Below are positions 18,722-29,180 of a DNA stretch of 64,000 nt, piece after piece. Positions within the stretch are counted from its first letter, which is position 1; each line of letters begins with the position of its first letter. A model generated the notes under the pieces. The model was given only the letters and a program-made list of their open reading frames with translations. It was not told where the DNA came from and made no database searches. The translations under genes and the position numbers were made by a program. Source of the DNA: an uncultured delta proteobacterium (GTDB taxonomy: Bacteria > Desulfobacterota > Binatia > Binatales > Binataceae); NCBI GenBank assembly GCA_963794325.1, contig CAWCDG010000004.1, forward strand, positions 1,760,001 through 1,824,000. Direction: 5' to 3'.

Positions 18722-21193
18722 ATGCAGGCCAACATTGTGATCGTCGGGGCGACGCGCGGATTCGAAACGCTGACCTATGCGATTCCGCCTGCGCTGGACG
18801 GAAGTGTGCTGCCCGGGCATCGGGTGCTCGCGCCGCTTCGATCGCGCAAGGTGACCGGCGTCGTGACCGAGGTTGGCGAACGCCTCTCGACCGCCGAGCT
18901 GAAGCCTATCCTGGAAGTCCTCGAACCGCGCCCGCTATTCGATCGCGCCCATCTGCAACTGATGGAATTCCTCGCGTCCTACTACATGGTCTCGATTGCC
19001 GACGCGTACCGCAGCGTGATTCCCAATGTCGCGCGGGTCGAGTCGCATACCGCGTACAGCCTCGCAACAACACCCGACGCCCTGGCGCGCGCGGCGTTCA
19101 CTCGCGTCGAGCGGGCAATCGTCGAGAAAACTACCAAGGGCGCAGCGACCGCCCGCCAACTTGAAAAAATCGGCCCGCCGAGCGAAGTACGCGCCACGAT
19201 TGCGCGCTTCGTCGCCGACGGCGTCCTCGAACGCCGCGACGCTACGAAGGGGCGCCATCGCGAGACAGCGAATCTGGTCGCGCGGATGGTCGAGGGCGCC
19301 AGCGTCGAGAACGTGCGCGGCTCGAAGCAGCGCGAAGTGCTGACGACGATCGCGAACGGCGGCGCAATCGGCGTGCGCGTCGAAGATCTGAAGAGTGCGA
19401 TCGACGGTGCGAGTGCGGCTTTGAAGAGCCTCGCAAGTCGCGGGTTGATAGCGATCGAGAAACTGCCAGCCCTGGCCAGTACGGGCGTCGCGGCTGATTT
19501 CGATCTCAACGACGAACAGCAAATCGCGCTGGATGCTATCTCGCCGGCCATCGAGCATCGCCGCTACGAAGCGTTCTTGCTGTGGGGCGTCACCGCTAGC
19601 GGCAAGACCGAAATCTACCTGAACCTTGCCGCGCGAGCGCTCGCCGCCGGCCGCAACGTTCTGATCATGGTGCCCGAAATCGCGCTGGCCGACGAAATCG
19701 TGCGCTCGTTTCGCGCGCGTTTCGGCTCGCTGGTCGGAATCGCGCACAGCGCGCAGAGCGTGACCGAGCGATGGGCGAGCTGGATGGCCGCGCTTGGCGG
19801 TCAGGCGCGCGTGATGATTGGTCCGCGCTCGGTGATTTTCGCGCCGATGCACGACATCGGGCTGATAGTCGTCGACGAGGAGCACGACGCGTCCTATAAA
19901 AGCGAGGAAGGCATCTACTATCACGCACGCGATCTCGCGGTCGCGCTCGCGGGATTTTCCAAGTGCCCGGTCGTGCTCGGCTCGGCGACGCCGTCGAGCG
20001 AGTCGTACGCGAACGCGCGGCGTGGACGTTACCGGCTGTTGCGGCTATTGCGGCGGGTCAACGATCGCGCGATGGCCTCGGTCGAAATCGTCGATATGCG
20101 CCGCGAAGTCGCCGATGCGCGCAAGTTTGCGGCGTCCAAGCTTGCAAATGGCGCGGGCCCTCACCAATCGAAACCGGCGGAACCTCCCGACACTGTGCCG
20201 CTCTCGACGGCGCTGATCGCCGCGCTGCGCGAAAATCTCGCATCGGCTGGCCAGAGCATGGTGTTTCTCAACCGCCGCGGCTTCCATAATTTTCTGCAAT
20301 GCCACGTCTGCGGCAACGTGATCGCGTGCCCGAACTGCAGCGTCAGCATGACGTTTCACATGCGCGACCGGTCACTCCGTTGCCATTACTGCGGCAATCA
20401 CGCGGCGGCGCCCGACACCTGCCCCGAATGCAAAGGCTACGGCCTCAAGGGCCAGGGCTTCGGCACCGAGCGACTCACCGACACGCTGGCCGGCTTGATG
20501 CCGACTGCGCGCATCGAGCGGATGGACTCCGACACCAGCAGTGTGCGCGGCGCGCGGGCGCGGATGCTGGCCGAGCTTCGCGCCGGCGAAATAGATATCC
20601 TCGTCGGCACGCAGATGATCACCAAGGGTTTCGATTTTCCCGGCGTCACGCTGGCCGCGGTGGTCAACGCCGACATGGCGCTCAACATGCCCGACTTCCG
20701 TTCCGCCGAGCGCACGTTTCAATTGCTGACCCAGATCGCGGGACGCGCGGGACGCGGCGAGCGTGCGGGCCGCGTGATCATCCAGACGTACGCGCCCAAT
20801 CACTACAGTATCCGTGCCGCGAAGGATCAGGATTACGCGCGCTTCATGCGCCGCGAGCTGGAACTGCGCCGCGACCTTATGTATCCGCCGTTTGCCCGCC
20901 TCGCGATGGTGCGAGTCGAAGGCGCGGAGCCTCAGCTCGTCCGGCGCACGGCCGAGGCGGTCGCGAAATCGTTGTCGAAAAACGCTACGCCCGAGGGACT
21001 GCGTGTGCTGGGTCCGGCTCCCGCGCCAATCGAACGAATCAAGCAGCGCTACCGGTGGCAGGTGATGCTAAAGTCGCGCGAATTGAAATCGATGCGATCC
21101 GCCATCGCCTCGATGCGCGCCGAGGTCGGGCCGTCGGCCGATCGCGACGACATATTTCTTGCGATCGATATCGATCCGGTAAGGATGCTGTGA
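18722..21193 (+). CDS. priA: Primosomal protein N' (replication restart helicase)
   Basis: GVTASGKTEIY, VPEI, VDEEHD.SYK, GSATPS, NRRG plus four CxxC, QIAGRAGR, IDIDP. Confidence 0.96.
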   Translation: MQANIVIVGATRGFETLTYAIPPALDGSVLPGHRVLAPLRSRKVTGVVTEVGERLSTAELKPILEVLEPRPLFDRAHLQLMEFLASYYMVSIADAYRSVIPNVARVESHTAYSLATTPDALARAAFTRVERAIVEKTTKGAATARQLEKIGPPSEVRATIARFVADGVLERRDATKGRHRETANLVARMVEGASVENVRGSKQREVLTTIANGGAIGVRVEDLKSAIDGASAALKSLASRGLIAIEKLPALASTGVAADFDLNDEQQIALDAISPAIEHRRYEAFLLWGVTASGKTEIYLNLAARALAAGRNVLIMVPEIALADEIVRSFRARFGSLVGIAHSAQSVTERWASWMAALGGQARVMIGPRSVIFAPMHDIGLIVVDEEHDASYKSEEGIYYHARDLAVALAGFSKCPVVLGSATPSSESYANARRGRYRLLRLLRRVNDRAMASVEIVDMRREVADARKFAASKLANGAGPHQSKPAEPPDTVPLSTALIAALRENLASAGQSMVFLNRRGFHNFLQCHVCGNVIACPNCSVSMTFHMRDRSLRCHYCGNHAAAPDTCPECKGYGLKGQGFGTERLTDTLAGLMPTARIERMDSDTSSVRGARARMLAELRAGEIDILVGTQMITKGFDFPGVTLAAVVNADMALNMPDFRSAERTFQLLTQIAGRAGRGERAGRVIIQTYAPNHYSIRAAKDQDYARFMRRELELRRDLMYPPFARLAMVRVEGAEPQLVRRTAEAVAKSLSKNATPEGLRVLGPAPAPIERIKQRYRWQVMLKSRELKSMRSAIASMRAEVGPSADRDDIFLAIDIDPVRML

Positions 21194-21205
21194 GCAGTTA
21201 AAAAA

Positions 21206-22150
21206 ATGAATGAGACCAGCCAACCTCACCCGCTTCATCATGTCCCGCGGGCGCATCACGCCTTCGACGTGAGGATGCACGATGGCGCGACGATCCACGT
21301 TCGCCAGCACGGTATTCCCGGCGCGCCGCGCCTCGTCCTCAGTCACGGCAACGGCCTCGCCATCGACGGCTACTTTCCATTCTGGGGACCGCTGCGCGCG
21401 CGCTACGAGGTTGTCGTCTTCGACTTCCGCAATCACGGCCACAACCCGCTGCACGGCGCGGAAGGGCACACGTGGCAGAATTTCATCGACGATATGGACG
21501 TGGTCTGGCACGCTGTTAATCGCGAGCTGGGCGCGAAGCCCGCCGCCGGATTATTTCATTCTCTGTCGGGCGTCACGGCTGCGATGCATGCGCTCCAGTA
21601 CGGACGCCGATTCGATGCGCTGGTGCTGTTCGATCCGCCGGTCTATCCGCGCGCCGGCCATCCGATTCAGTACCTGCAGCAATCCGACAAGGAGTCGCTC
21701 GCCTCGCGCGCGGCGCGCCGTCCCGAGCGCTATAAAGATCCGATGGACCTCGCGAAGCAGTTCAAGCGCCGCTTCAAAAGTTGGGTGCCCGACGCTTACG
21801 AGCTGATGGCGCGCGCAACCCTGCGCCACGATCGCGCGAGCGGCGACTGGATTCTCGCGTGTCCGCGCGAATACGAGGCGCACGTTTTTTCCAGCGGCGC
21901 GAATCCGAATCTCTGGCCGCAGATGGCGCATTGCCCGGTGCCGGTGAAACTCGTATGCGGCGACCCTACAATCGATGAAGCGATGCCGCCGGCATTGATC
22001 GGCCGCGCGATGGCCGAGGAGCTCGGGCTGCCTTACGAAGCGATCGCGGGGACCACGCATTTTCTGCAAATCGAGCGCCCAGCCGAATGTATCCGCGCCG
22101 TCGAATCGTTTCTCGCGCCGCTCGGACTCGCCGCGCCAGCTACCCTTTGA
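21206..22150 (+). CDS. Alpha/beta hydrolase
   Basis: HGNG, FDFRNHG, FHSLSG nucleophile elbow, THFLQIE. Confidence 0.85.
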   Translation: MNETSQPHPLHHVPRAHHAFDVRMHDGATIHVRQHGIPGAPRLVLSHGNGLAIDGYFPFWGPLRARYEVVVFDFRNHGHNPLHGAEGHTWQNFIDDMDVVWHAVNRELGAKPAAGLFHSLSGVTAAMHALQYGRRFDALVLFDPPVYPRAGHPIQYLQQSDKESLASRAARRPERYKDPMDLAKQFKRRFKSWVPDAYELMARATLRHDRASGDWILACPREYEAHVFSSGANPNLWPQMAHCPVPVKLVCGDPTIDEAMPPALIGRAMAEELGLPYEAIAGTTHFLQIERPAECIRAVESFLAPLGLAAPATL

Positions 22151-22167
22151 TAGATTTCCAGGTACAG

Positions 22168-22710
22168 ATGGCACTGCTGAAAATTCGCAAATTTCCCGAC
22201 GACACCCTGAAGGAGCCGGCCGCCCCGGTCAAGAATATCAACGGCAACGTCGAAGGGCTGATCGACAGCATGGTGCAGACCATGTACGCCGCACCCGGCG
22301 TGGGTCTCGCCGCGCCGCAGGTCGGAGAATCGAAGCGGATAATTGTGCTCGATACCGATCACGAAAATCCCGGCAAGCATTTGTTGAAACTGATTAACCC
22401 GCAGGTGGTCGAAGCCGAGGGCAAGATCGTTTGGGAAGAGGGCTGCCTGTCGGTGATCGATTACACTGCCGACGTCGAGCGCGCCGCGCACGTGCTGGTC
22501 CGCGCATGGACGCCCGACGAAAAGGAAATCGAGATCGAAGCCGACGAATTGCTCGCGGTCGCCCTGCAGCACGAAATCGATCACCTGGACGGCAAGCTCT
22601 TCATCGATCGTATCAGCCGAATCAAGCGCGAGCTCTACAAGCGCAAACTGAAAAAGCTAATCAGGGAGGGCAAAGCCGACAGCGTCGGTCCCTCCACGGT
22701 GCGGATCTAA
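22168..22710 (+). CDS. def: Peptide deformylase
   Basis: GVGLAAPQVG, EGCLSV, QHEIDHLDG. Confidence 0.97.
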   Translation: MALLKIRKFPDDTLKEPAAPVKNINGNVEGLIDSMVQTMYAAPGVGLAAPQVGESKRIIVLDTDHENPGKHLLKLINPQVVEAEGKIVWEEGCLSVIDYTADVERAAHVLVRAWTPDEKEIEIEADELLAVALQHEIDHLDGKLFIDRISRIKRELYKRKLKKLIREGKADSVGPSTVRI

Positions 22711-22711
22711 A

Positions 22712-23665
22712 ATCGCCGACCCACTAAAGATAGTCTTCATGGGCACGCCGAGTTTGGCGGCCCACATTCTGGAAAGGCTCGTAACGGCTTCAGGAGCCAT
22801 CTTCAGGGTCGTTGGGGTCGTCACGCGCCCCGATCAGCCTCGCGGCCGCGGCTTCGGGATAACGCCGAGCGAAGTCGGCGTCGTTGCGGCGAAGCATCAG
22901 GTTCCGACATTGAAGCCGGTCAAAATTCGCACCGCGGAATTTCTGAACGAGTTGAAAGCATTCGAGCCGGATCTATTGGTGGTCGCCGCGTACGGGCGAA
23001 TCTTGCCGAACTCGATTCTCGACGTTCCCAAAATCGCGCCGATGAACGTGCACGCATCGCTGCTGCCGCGGCATCGCGGCGCCGCTCCGGTCGAAGGCGC
23101 GATCCTCGCGGGAGACTCCGAGACGGGCGTCACTATCATGCGGATCGTCGAGCAGATGGACGCCGGCCCGATGTACTTCCAGCGCAAGATTCCGATCGAG
23201 CCGCACGACACCCAGGGAACGCTGAAAGAAAAACTCGCGGAGCTCGGCGCAGTCGCGATGCTTGAGGCGATCGATCTCTGTGCACGCGATGAACTGGTCG
23301 AGACGCCGCAGGACGACGCGCTCGCAACCTACACCGCGCAAGTCGAAAAGAAGGACGCCGTGATCGATTGGAACGCCGGCGCCGCACAAATCGAACGCAT
23401 GACGCGCGCATACGATCCGTGGCCGGTCGCGCGCACCCGTCTCGGCGCTGACGAGATTCTAATCTGGCGCGCCGCGGTCGACGATGAATCCTCCAGTGGC
23501 GACGCGTTCGGCACGATCGTGAGCATGAAACCAAATCCAGTCGTCCAATGCGGAGCGGGGCGACTAAGGCTCATCGAAGTGCAGGCGCCCGGCCGAAAGC
23601 GAATGCCCGCGGCTGATTTCCTTCGCGGCAAACGCATCGAACCCGGCGCCCGCTTCGGCGCATGA
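22712..23665 (+). CDS. fmt: Methionyl-tRNA formyltransferase (start uncertain: ATC 22712 or ATG 22739)
   Basis: KIVFMGTP, TRPDQPRGRG, VAAYGRILP, NVHASLLPRHRGAAP, MDAG; follows def. Confidence 0.93.
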   Translation: MADPLKIVFMGTPSLAAHILERLVTASGAIFRVVGVVTRPDQPRGRGFGITPSEVGVVAAKHQVPTLKPVKIRTAEFLNELKAFEPDLLVVAAYGRILPNSILDVPKIAPMNVHASLLPRHRGAAPVEGAILAGDSETGVTIMRIVEQMDAGPMYFQRKIPIEPHDTQGTLKEKLAELGAVAMLEAIDLCARDELVETPQDDALATYTAQVEKKDAVIDWNAGAAQIERMTRAYDPWPVARTRLGADEILIWRAAVDDESSSGDAFGTIVSMKPNPVVQCGAGRLRLIEVQAPGRKRMPAADFLRGKRIEPGARFGA

Positions 23666-25043
23666 AAGAGGCACCGGCGAAAGCGGCGCGACCAAGTTCG
23701 CGCACTGACGAGGGCCTCGCGTCGCGAATGGCCGCGGTCGAGATTCTGTATCGCGTCGATCGCGAGTCCGCGTATGCCGACGTTCTTCTCGGTGGCCGTC
23801 TCCCGGAGTTCGCGCCCGCCGATCGACGCCTCATCACGCGGCTCGTGCTCGGAACGCTCGCGTGGCAAGCACGCCTCGACTTCGAGCTGGCGCATCTCAC
23901 GGGTCGCAAGCTCGACGGCATTCAGCCCGCGGCGCTCGCAATCATGCGGATGGGACTCTTTCAACTTCGATTTCTCGATCGGATTCCGCAGCATGCGATC
24001 GTGGACACGGCGGTCAGCCTCGCGAAACGAATCGCCGAGGCGCGCAAGGCGTCGGGCTTCATCAATGCCGTGATGCGGCGTGCGACACGCGAGACCGCGC
24101 CGATGCCGTCGCGCGAGCGTGATGAAAAAACTTTTCTGGCGATCACATTGTCGCATCCGCGCTGGATGGTCGATCGATTCGTCGAATGGTTCGGCGTCGC
24201 GAATGCCGAGCGCCTGATGACCGCCAACAACGAAGCCGCGCCCAACGTGATCCGGCTGAATCTCGCGCGTGGCTCTCGCGCCGAAATAATCGAGAAGCTG
24301 AACGCGGATGGTTTCGAGATTGGCACGCCTGGCCGCGCGCCCGAGACGATCGTCCTGGCTGGCGCGCCGCACTTCGAGTCGCGTGCGTATCGCGACGGCC
24401 TGTTCCATGCGCAATCCGAGGCCTCGCAGATGGTGGCTCGAATGCTTGCGCCGCCAGTCGGTGCGACCGTGGTGGATTGTGCGGCCGCGCCCGGTGGCAA
24501 GGCGACTCATCTCGCGGAGATCGTCGGCGATCGAGGCCGCGTGATCGGCGTCGACCTGAATTTCAATGGACTCAAGAACGCGCGCGAGCTGGCTCGCCGC
24601 CTGCGCCATCGCAATGTCGAATTTGTTTGCGCGGACCTGGCCGCCGCCGCGACCGTTCGCGCCTGTCGAGCTTCGACTACGTGCTGCTCGACGCGCCGTG
24701 CACCGGTCTCGGCACCTTGCGCGAGCATCCCGAGATCAAGTGGCGCCTCAAGCCCGCCGATCCCGCCCGCATGGCTGCGATCCAATCGCAGATGCTCGAG
24801 AACGCCTCAGCGCTGGTGCGTCGAGGAGGCGCGCTGGTCTATTCGGTCTGCAGTATCGCGCCCGAAGAAGGCGACGGGGTCGTCGATGAATTCCTTGCGC
24901 GCCACCACGATTTCGAAATCGATCGCGGCGTAGCGGGTCGAGATGAGTTTAGAGACGTTATCGATGCGCGAGGGTTCATGAAGACCCACTCCGACCTCGG
25001 CGGACTCGACGGATTCTTTGCGGCGCGGTTGATTCGGCGCTAG
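23662..25043 (+). CDS. rsmB: 16S rRNA m5C967 methyltransferase; frameshift near 24660
   Basis: NusB-like N-domain, SHPRWMV, VDCAAAPGGKATH, LLDAPCTGLG, YSVCS, DGFFAARL. Confidence 0.92.
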
Positions 25044-25112
25044 AATTTTAATTAACTACGGCGCAGGCAAGTGGACGCAGCACTTCATACTCTTGGACCG
25101 AGCGGCGATTGA

Positions 25113-25796
25113 ATGATAGCGGGGGCCGTCAGAGCCAGTAGCGATTCGAATTCGGATCATCTCGGTCCGCTCGGTTGGACGTTCGCTTTCACGCTGAGCG
25201 TGCTTACGTTCATGCTTGCCGGGTGCTCCTCGCAGAATTTCTCCTCTGCGCCGGCCACCAGCTATTACGCGCCGACCACCTATGGCGGGACGCGCACCGA
25301 AGTCGCGTCATGGTACGGGCCCGGCTTCGCGGGCCGTCGCACCAGCACCGGTGAGATCTACAATCCCGAGGGGTTGACGGCGGCGTCCACCACGCTGCCG
25401 CTCGGCTCGCACGTGAGGGTCGTGAATCCCGACACCGGGAGATCGGTGGTGGTGCGAATCAATGACCGCGGACCCTACGTGCGCGGGCGTTCGCTCGACC
25501 TGTCGCATGGCGCCGCGCAGCAAATCGGGCTGACCGGCAAGGGCGTCGGCAGGGTGGAAGTTACCCCGACCGCGAGAAGCACGCCGACCGTGATTTCACG
25601 CAGCGCGGTTTATTCTTACAGCTCGCTTGGGGCCTCGTCCGCGCCGCCGCGCCATCTTCGCTACATTTCCTACGAGTCGCCGACTTCCTACCCGACGCGC
25701 ACCCGCACGCGCCATCGCTACCATCATTATTCATCTACGCGAATAGTCTCGAACCCGATCGGTGCGTGGTTGTCGAGCGCCTTCCCCCGATTCTGA
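25113..25796 (+). CDS. rlpA: RlpA-family lytic transglycosylase lipoprotein
   Basis: Lipobox LAGC; ASWYG, LTAA..TLPLGS, VRINDRGPY, DLS. Confidence 0.88.
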   Translation: MIAGAVRASSDSNSDHLGPLGWTFAFTLSVLTFMLAGCSSQNFSSAPATSYYAPTTYGGTRTEVASWYGPGFAGRRTSTGEIYNPEGLTAASTTLPLGSHVRVVNPDTGRSVVVRINDRGPYVRGRSLDLSHGAAQQIGLTGKGVGRVEVTPTARSTPTVISRSAVYSYSSLGASSAPPRHLRYISYESPTSYPTRTRTRHRYHHYSSTRIVSNPIGAWLSSAFPRF

Positions 25797-25818
25797 GCGA
25801 GTGGCCACTACTAAGTCT

Positions 25819-26112
25819 ATGTCGAAGATCGCCAGAGAGGCAGATTGGCTGGGTCCTGCCGTCGCGCCCGGCGAAATCCTCCTGGAGGAATACCTCAAGC
25901 CGCTCGGCCTCGGGCAGGTCGAGGCCGCCCGCCGCCTTGGCATCTCGCTCAACCGCTTGAATGAGATAGTTCTCGGCAAACGCGCTATCACCGCCGATAC
26001 GGCGCTACGACTCGGGCGCATCTTTAAGACTTCAGCGCAGTTGTGGATGCGACTGCAGGCTGACTGGGATCTGCATCGAGCTCTCCAACGGCAATCGCGA
26101 AGCGCATCTTAG
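25819..26112 (+). CDS. higA: HigA-family antitoxin (orphan)
   Basis: PGEILLEEYLKPLG, RLNEIVLGKRAITADTALRL, W.RLQADWDL. Confidence 0.88.
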   Translation: MSKIAREADWLGPAVAPGEILLEEYLKPLGLGQVEAARRLGISLNRLNEIVLGKRAITADTALRLGRIFKTSAQLWMRLQADWDLHRALQRQSRSAS

Positions 26113-26151
26113 AGATTCGCAATCGATTCACGCTGCGGTTAATCTCTGAAT

Positions 26152-26844
26152 ATGGCTCATCCGACCCAGGATTCCGCCGACAAACTAGCGCCCTCGATTC
26201 TCTCCGCTGACTTTGCGCGGCTCGGCGACGAGATTCGCGCCGTCGAAAAGGCCGGCGCCGACATGATTCATTTCGACGTGATGGACGGGCACTTCGTGCC
26301 TAATATCTCAATTGGAATCCCGGTGATGGAGTCGGTGCGCAAGATAACCAGGCTGCCGCTCGATGCGCACCTGATGATTTCCGAGCCGGCGCGCTACGTC
26401 GAAAAGTTCGTGAAGGCGGGCGCCAATTCAATTTCGGTGCATTGCGAGGTCTGTCCCGACATCCCCGCGATGGCGAAGCGAATCCATGACCTCGGCGCGC
26501 GCGCGTCGATCGGGATCAATCCCGAGACCGACGCCGACAAGGTGCTGCCCTTCGCCGAGCATCTCGACATGATCCTCGTGATGAGTGTGCATCCGGGCTT
26601 CGGCGGCCAGGAGTTCATCCCGGCCGCGCTGGACAAGCTGCGCTACATCCGGCGCGAACTGAAGCGTCGCGGTCTCAGCATCGACGTCGAGATCGACGGC
26701 GGCGTGAAGCTCGACAACATCGCCGACGTAAAGGCCGCCGGCGCCAACGTTTTTGTTTCAGGCTCAGGAATCTTCGGCAAGCCCGACTACACGAAAATCA
26801 TGAGTGAGATGCGCGACCTAGTCGGGCGGACGCATCAGCCGTGA
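26152..26844 (+). CDS. rpe: Ribulose-phosphate 3-epimerase
   Basis: APSILSADF, HFDVMDGHFVPNIS, MSVHPGFGGQ, EIDGG. Confidence 0.97.
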   Translation: MAHPTQDSADKLAPSILSADFARLGDEIRAVEKAGADMIHFDVMDGHFVPNISIGIPVMESVRKITRLPLDAHLMISEPARYVEKFVKAGANSISVHCEVCPDIPAMAKRIHDLGARASIGINPETDADKVLPFAEHLDMILVMSVHPGFGGQEFIPAALDKLRYIRRELKRRGLSIDVEIDGGVKLDNIADVKAAGANVFVSGSGIFGKPDYTKIMSEMRDLVGRTHQP

Positions 26845-27104
26845 AGCCCCGCCGCGCTGCCGCGCTCGCGCTTGTGGTTATTCTGGTCGTTGTTTTGCAG
26901 GTACTCGTGACTTCGAGAGACGGGTACCCAACGGTGCTCTTCTACCTTGTTTTTTGGCCGAACCTTCTTCTTGGAGAGATTCCCGGCGTGCCGCCATTCA
27001 TTCGGTGGTCTGCCCTTGCCCTTCTCTGGCCGACCGTCGGCTGGCTGGTGCTGTCGCTCTTCGTCATTCGGTGTGGACAGCGCAAATCCTCCAAATCAAA
27101 TTAA
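26841..27104 (+). CDS. Small hypothetical membrane protein
   Basis: GTGA overlap with the rpe stop; 2-3 hydrophobic segments; T-rich. Confidence 0.5.
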   Translation: MKPRRAAALALVVILVVVLQVLVTSRDGYPTVLFYLVFWPNLLLGEIPGVPPFIRWSALALLWPTVGWLVLSLFVIRCGQRKSSKSN

Positions 27105-27152
27105 GACACTGACGATTTGAAATTCAGACACTCAGCGCCGAATTAAGACAGC
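27098..27152 (+). repeat. Three short direct repeats (A/G)AATT(A/C)AGACA(CT/GC)
   Basis: 27098-27110, 27120-27132, 27140-27152. Confidence 0.7.
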
Positions 27153-27238
27153 CCCAGCGATTCCGCCGCACTCGCGCGGTATCGCCTCCAATGCTATAAC
27201 CACTCGTCTGTACCTTCCCGATAACGCTCAACCGGAGA

Positions 27239-27313
27239 CGGGGTGTAGCTCAGCCTGGCCAGAGCACTGCGTTCGGGACGCAGGAGTCGCTGGTTCAAAT
27301 CCAGTCACCCCGA
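27239..27313 (+). tRNA. tRNA-Pro(CGG), CCA not encoded
   Basis: Acceptor CGGGGTG/CACCCCG, anticodon arm CTGCG-TTCGGGA-CGCAG, T-loop GTTCAAATC; extended -10 TGCTATAAC at 27192-27200. Confidence 0.96.
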
Positions 27314-27355
27314 TCTTTTCAGTGAATTGCCCTCCGGGGGCCAGCCTAACGAAAC

Positions 27356-27964
27356 GTGATCACTGAAACTCTCCTCATCGTAGCCGCCTACCTAATTGGC
27401 TCAATTCCGACCGGCGTAATCGTCGGACGCATCCGCGGCTTCGATCCCCGCGCCGTGGGTTCCGGCAATATCGGGGCGTCCAACGTGGCGCGCGCCGGCG
27501 GCTCGAGCGCGGCGGTCATGACCCTGACAGGCGACGCCCTCAAAGGCGCGATTCCCGTGATCATCGCTCGCAGTGCGGGGTTTCCCGCCGCGACTATCGC
27601 GTGGGTCGGGCTCGCCGCGTTCATCGGTGCGATCTGTTCCGTGTTCCTTTTCTTTCAAGGCGGCAAAGGCCTGGCTTGCGGGCTGGGCATCTGGCTCGCG
27701 ATCTCGCCGCTGGCGCTTGTGGTCTCACTCGCGGTCTTCGCGGTGGTCTTTGCGATCAGCCGAATCACGTCGGTGGCGTCGATGGGCGCCGCGATCGCGC
27801 TGCCGCCCACCGTCGCGATTCTCGGATTGCCCCATCATTACTTGCTGCTCGCGATCCTGATGACGGCGCTCGCGCTGTTTCGCCATCGCGAGAATATCCA
27901 GCGCCTGTCGCGTGGCGAGGAGCCCCGCTTTCAGCCCAAGCGCAGCGCCAGTGCTGGATCCTAG
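27356..27964 (+). CDS. plsY: Glycerol-3-phosphate acyltransferase
   Basis: YLIGSIPTG, GSGNIGASN, DALKG, FQGGKG, RHRENIQRL..GEE. Confidence 0.94.
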   Translation: MITETLLIVAAYLIGSIPTGVIVGRIRGFDPRAVGSGNIGASNVARAGGSSAAVMTLTGDALKGAIPVIIARSAGFPAATIAWVGLAAFIGAICSVFLFFQGGKGLACGLGIWLAISPLALVVSLAVFAVVFAISRITSVASMGAAIALPPTVAILGLPHHYLLLAILMTALALFRHRENIQRLSRGEEPRFQPKRSASAGS

Positions 27965-28070
27965 CAGGGTGCCTGCCGATTAATCGGACGCCCGTCAGTT
28001 AAGCATCCCGCAGGGCTACCCTGAAAAAGATTGTGACGCTGCAATGCGCATCGCAACCATCAGTGCCCGT

Positions 28071-28085
28071 TGGCACCGCGTTTGC
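28071..28085 (+). promoter_or_regulatory. Sigma54 -24/-12 promoter
   Basis: TGGCAC-CGCGT-TTGC, exact consensus spacing, intergenic. Confidence 0.7.
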
Positions 28086-28166
28086 GTTACCGCTTGCGCC
28101 GGATGTTGCCGCGATCCCGCTGGATGGACTAGGAATCATCTATGTAGCAATCGAGGAGACAGCCTT

Positions 28167-28565
28167 ATGACAACAGCGGAGAAAAAGGAACTAGCCAAAG
28201 AATTTCTCAGTGAGTTCGAAAACCCCGATCCAGTGCGTCTCGCCACGATGGCCGCTAGCGACTTCGAGTGGAAGGTCATGACCCGGATGCCCGGTATGCC
28301 CCCGGCTAAGGGTCACGAGGGACTCAAGACCCTCGCTAAGGGGATCAAGACCATGATGCCGGGCGGGCTCGGCCTCAGAATCGATACGATCATTTGCGAG
28401 GGCGACCGATGCGCGGTGCAGGCGGAATCGAACACCACTGCAGCCAACGGCAGGAAATACAACAATCGCTACCACTTCGACATCCGCTTCGACGGCGACA
28501 AGATTGCCGAGGTGCGCGAGTATTGCGACACCAATCATGCGCGGGAGGTTTTCTTCAGCAAGTAG
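28167..28565 (+). CDS. SnoaL/NTF2-like protein
   Basis: ICEGDRCAVQ, NGRKYNNRYHF, KIAEVREYCDT; GAGGAG RBS. Confidence 0.85.
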   Translation: MTTAEKKELAKEFLSEFENPDPVRLATMAASDFEWKVMTRMPGMPPAKGHEGLKTLAKGIKTMMPGGLGLRIDTIICEGDRCAVQAESNTTAANGRKYNNRYHFDIRFDGDKIAEVREYCDTNHAREVFFSK

Positions 28566-28676
28566 GCGCCAGTGAAAACGCGGGAACCATCGCGACGCGC
28601 CTGCGAAACGAGGGTCTTGAACCTTCTCCGTCTTGGGAGAATGGTTATTGGGAATGGAGGCGGGGGCCGGCATTAG

Positions 28677-29054
<378 letters not shown>

Positions 29055-29138
29055 CAATTTGTTTCCCTTGCCGTACGGGGGTCGCTTAAATTACTTTCGC
29101 GAAAGCCGCGCTGCGCGGATTTCGCGTCTTCTTCTTTC

Positions 29139-29163
29139 ACTGGGTGCAGGGGTCACCCCTGCC
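29139..29163 (-). repeat. Family A core, copy 3
   Basis: Reverse complement of GGCAGGGGTGACCCCTGCACCCAGT. Confidence 0.8.
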
Positions 29164-29180
29164 GCCCACCGCGCAGGTGA

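Noticed and set aside
27098-27152. Mini CRISPR array
   Set aside because: Repeats of 13 bp and spacers of 7-9 bp are far too short; no cas genes.
15354-27313. Prophage or integrative element (excisionase-like gene, tRNA, antitoxin)
   Set aside because: No integrase, no duplicated tRNA 3' end seen, and the intervening genes are core housekeeping.
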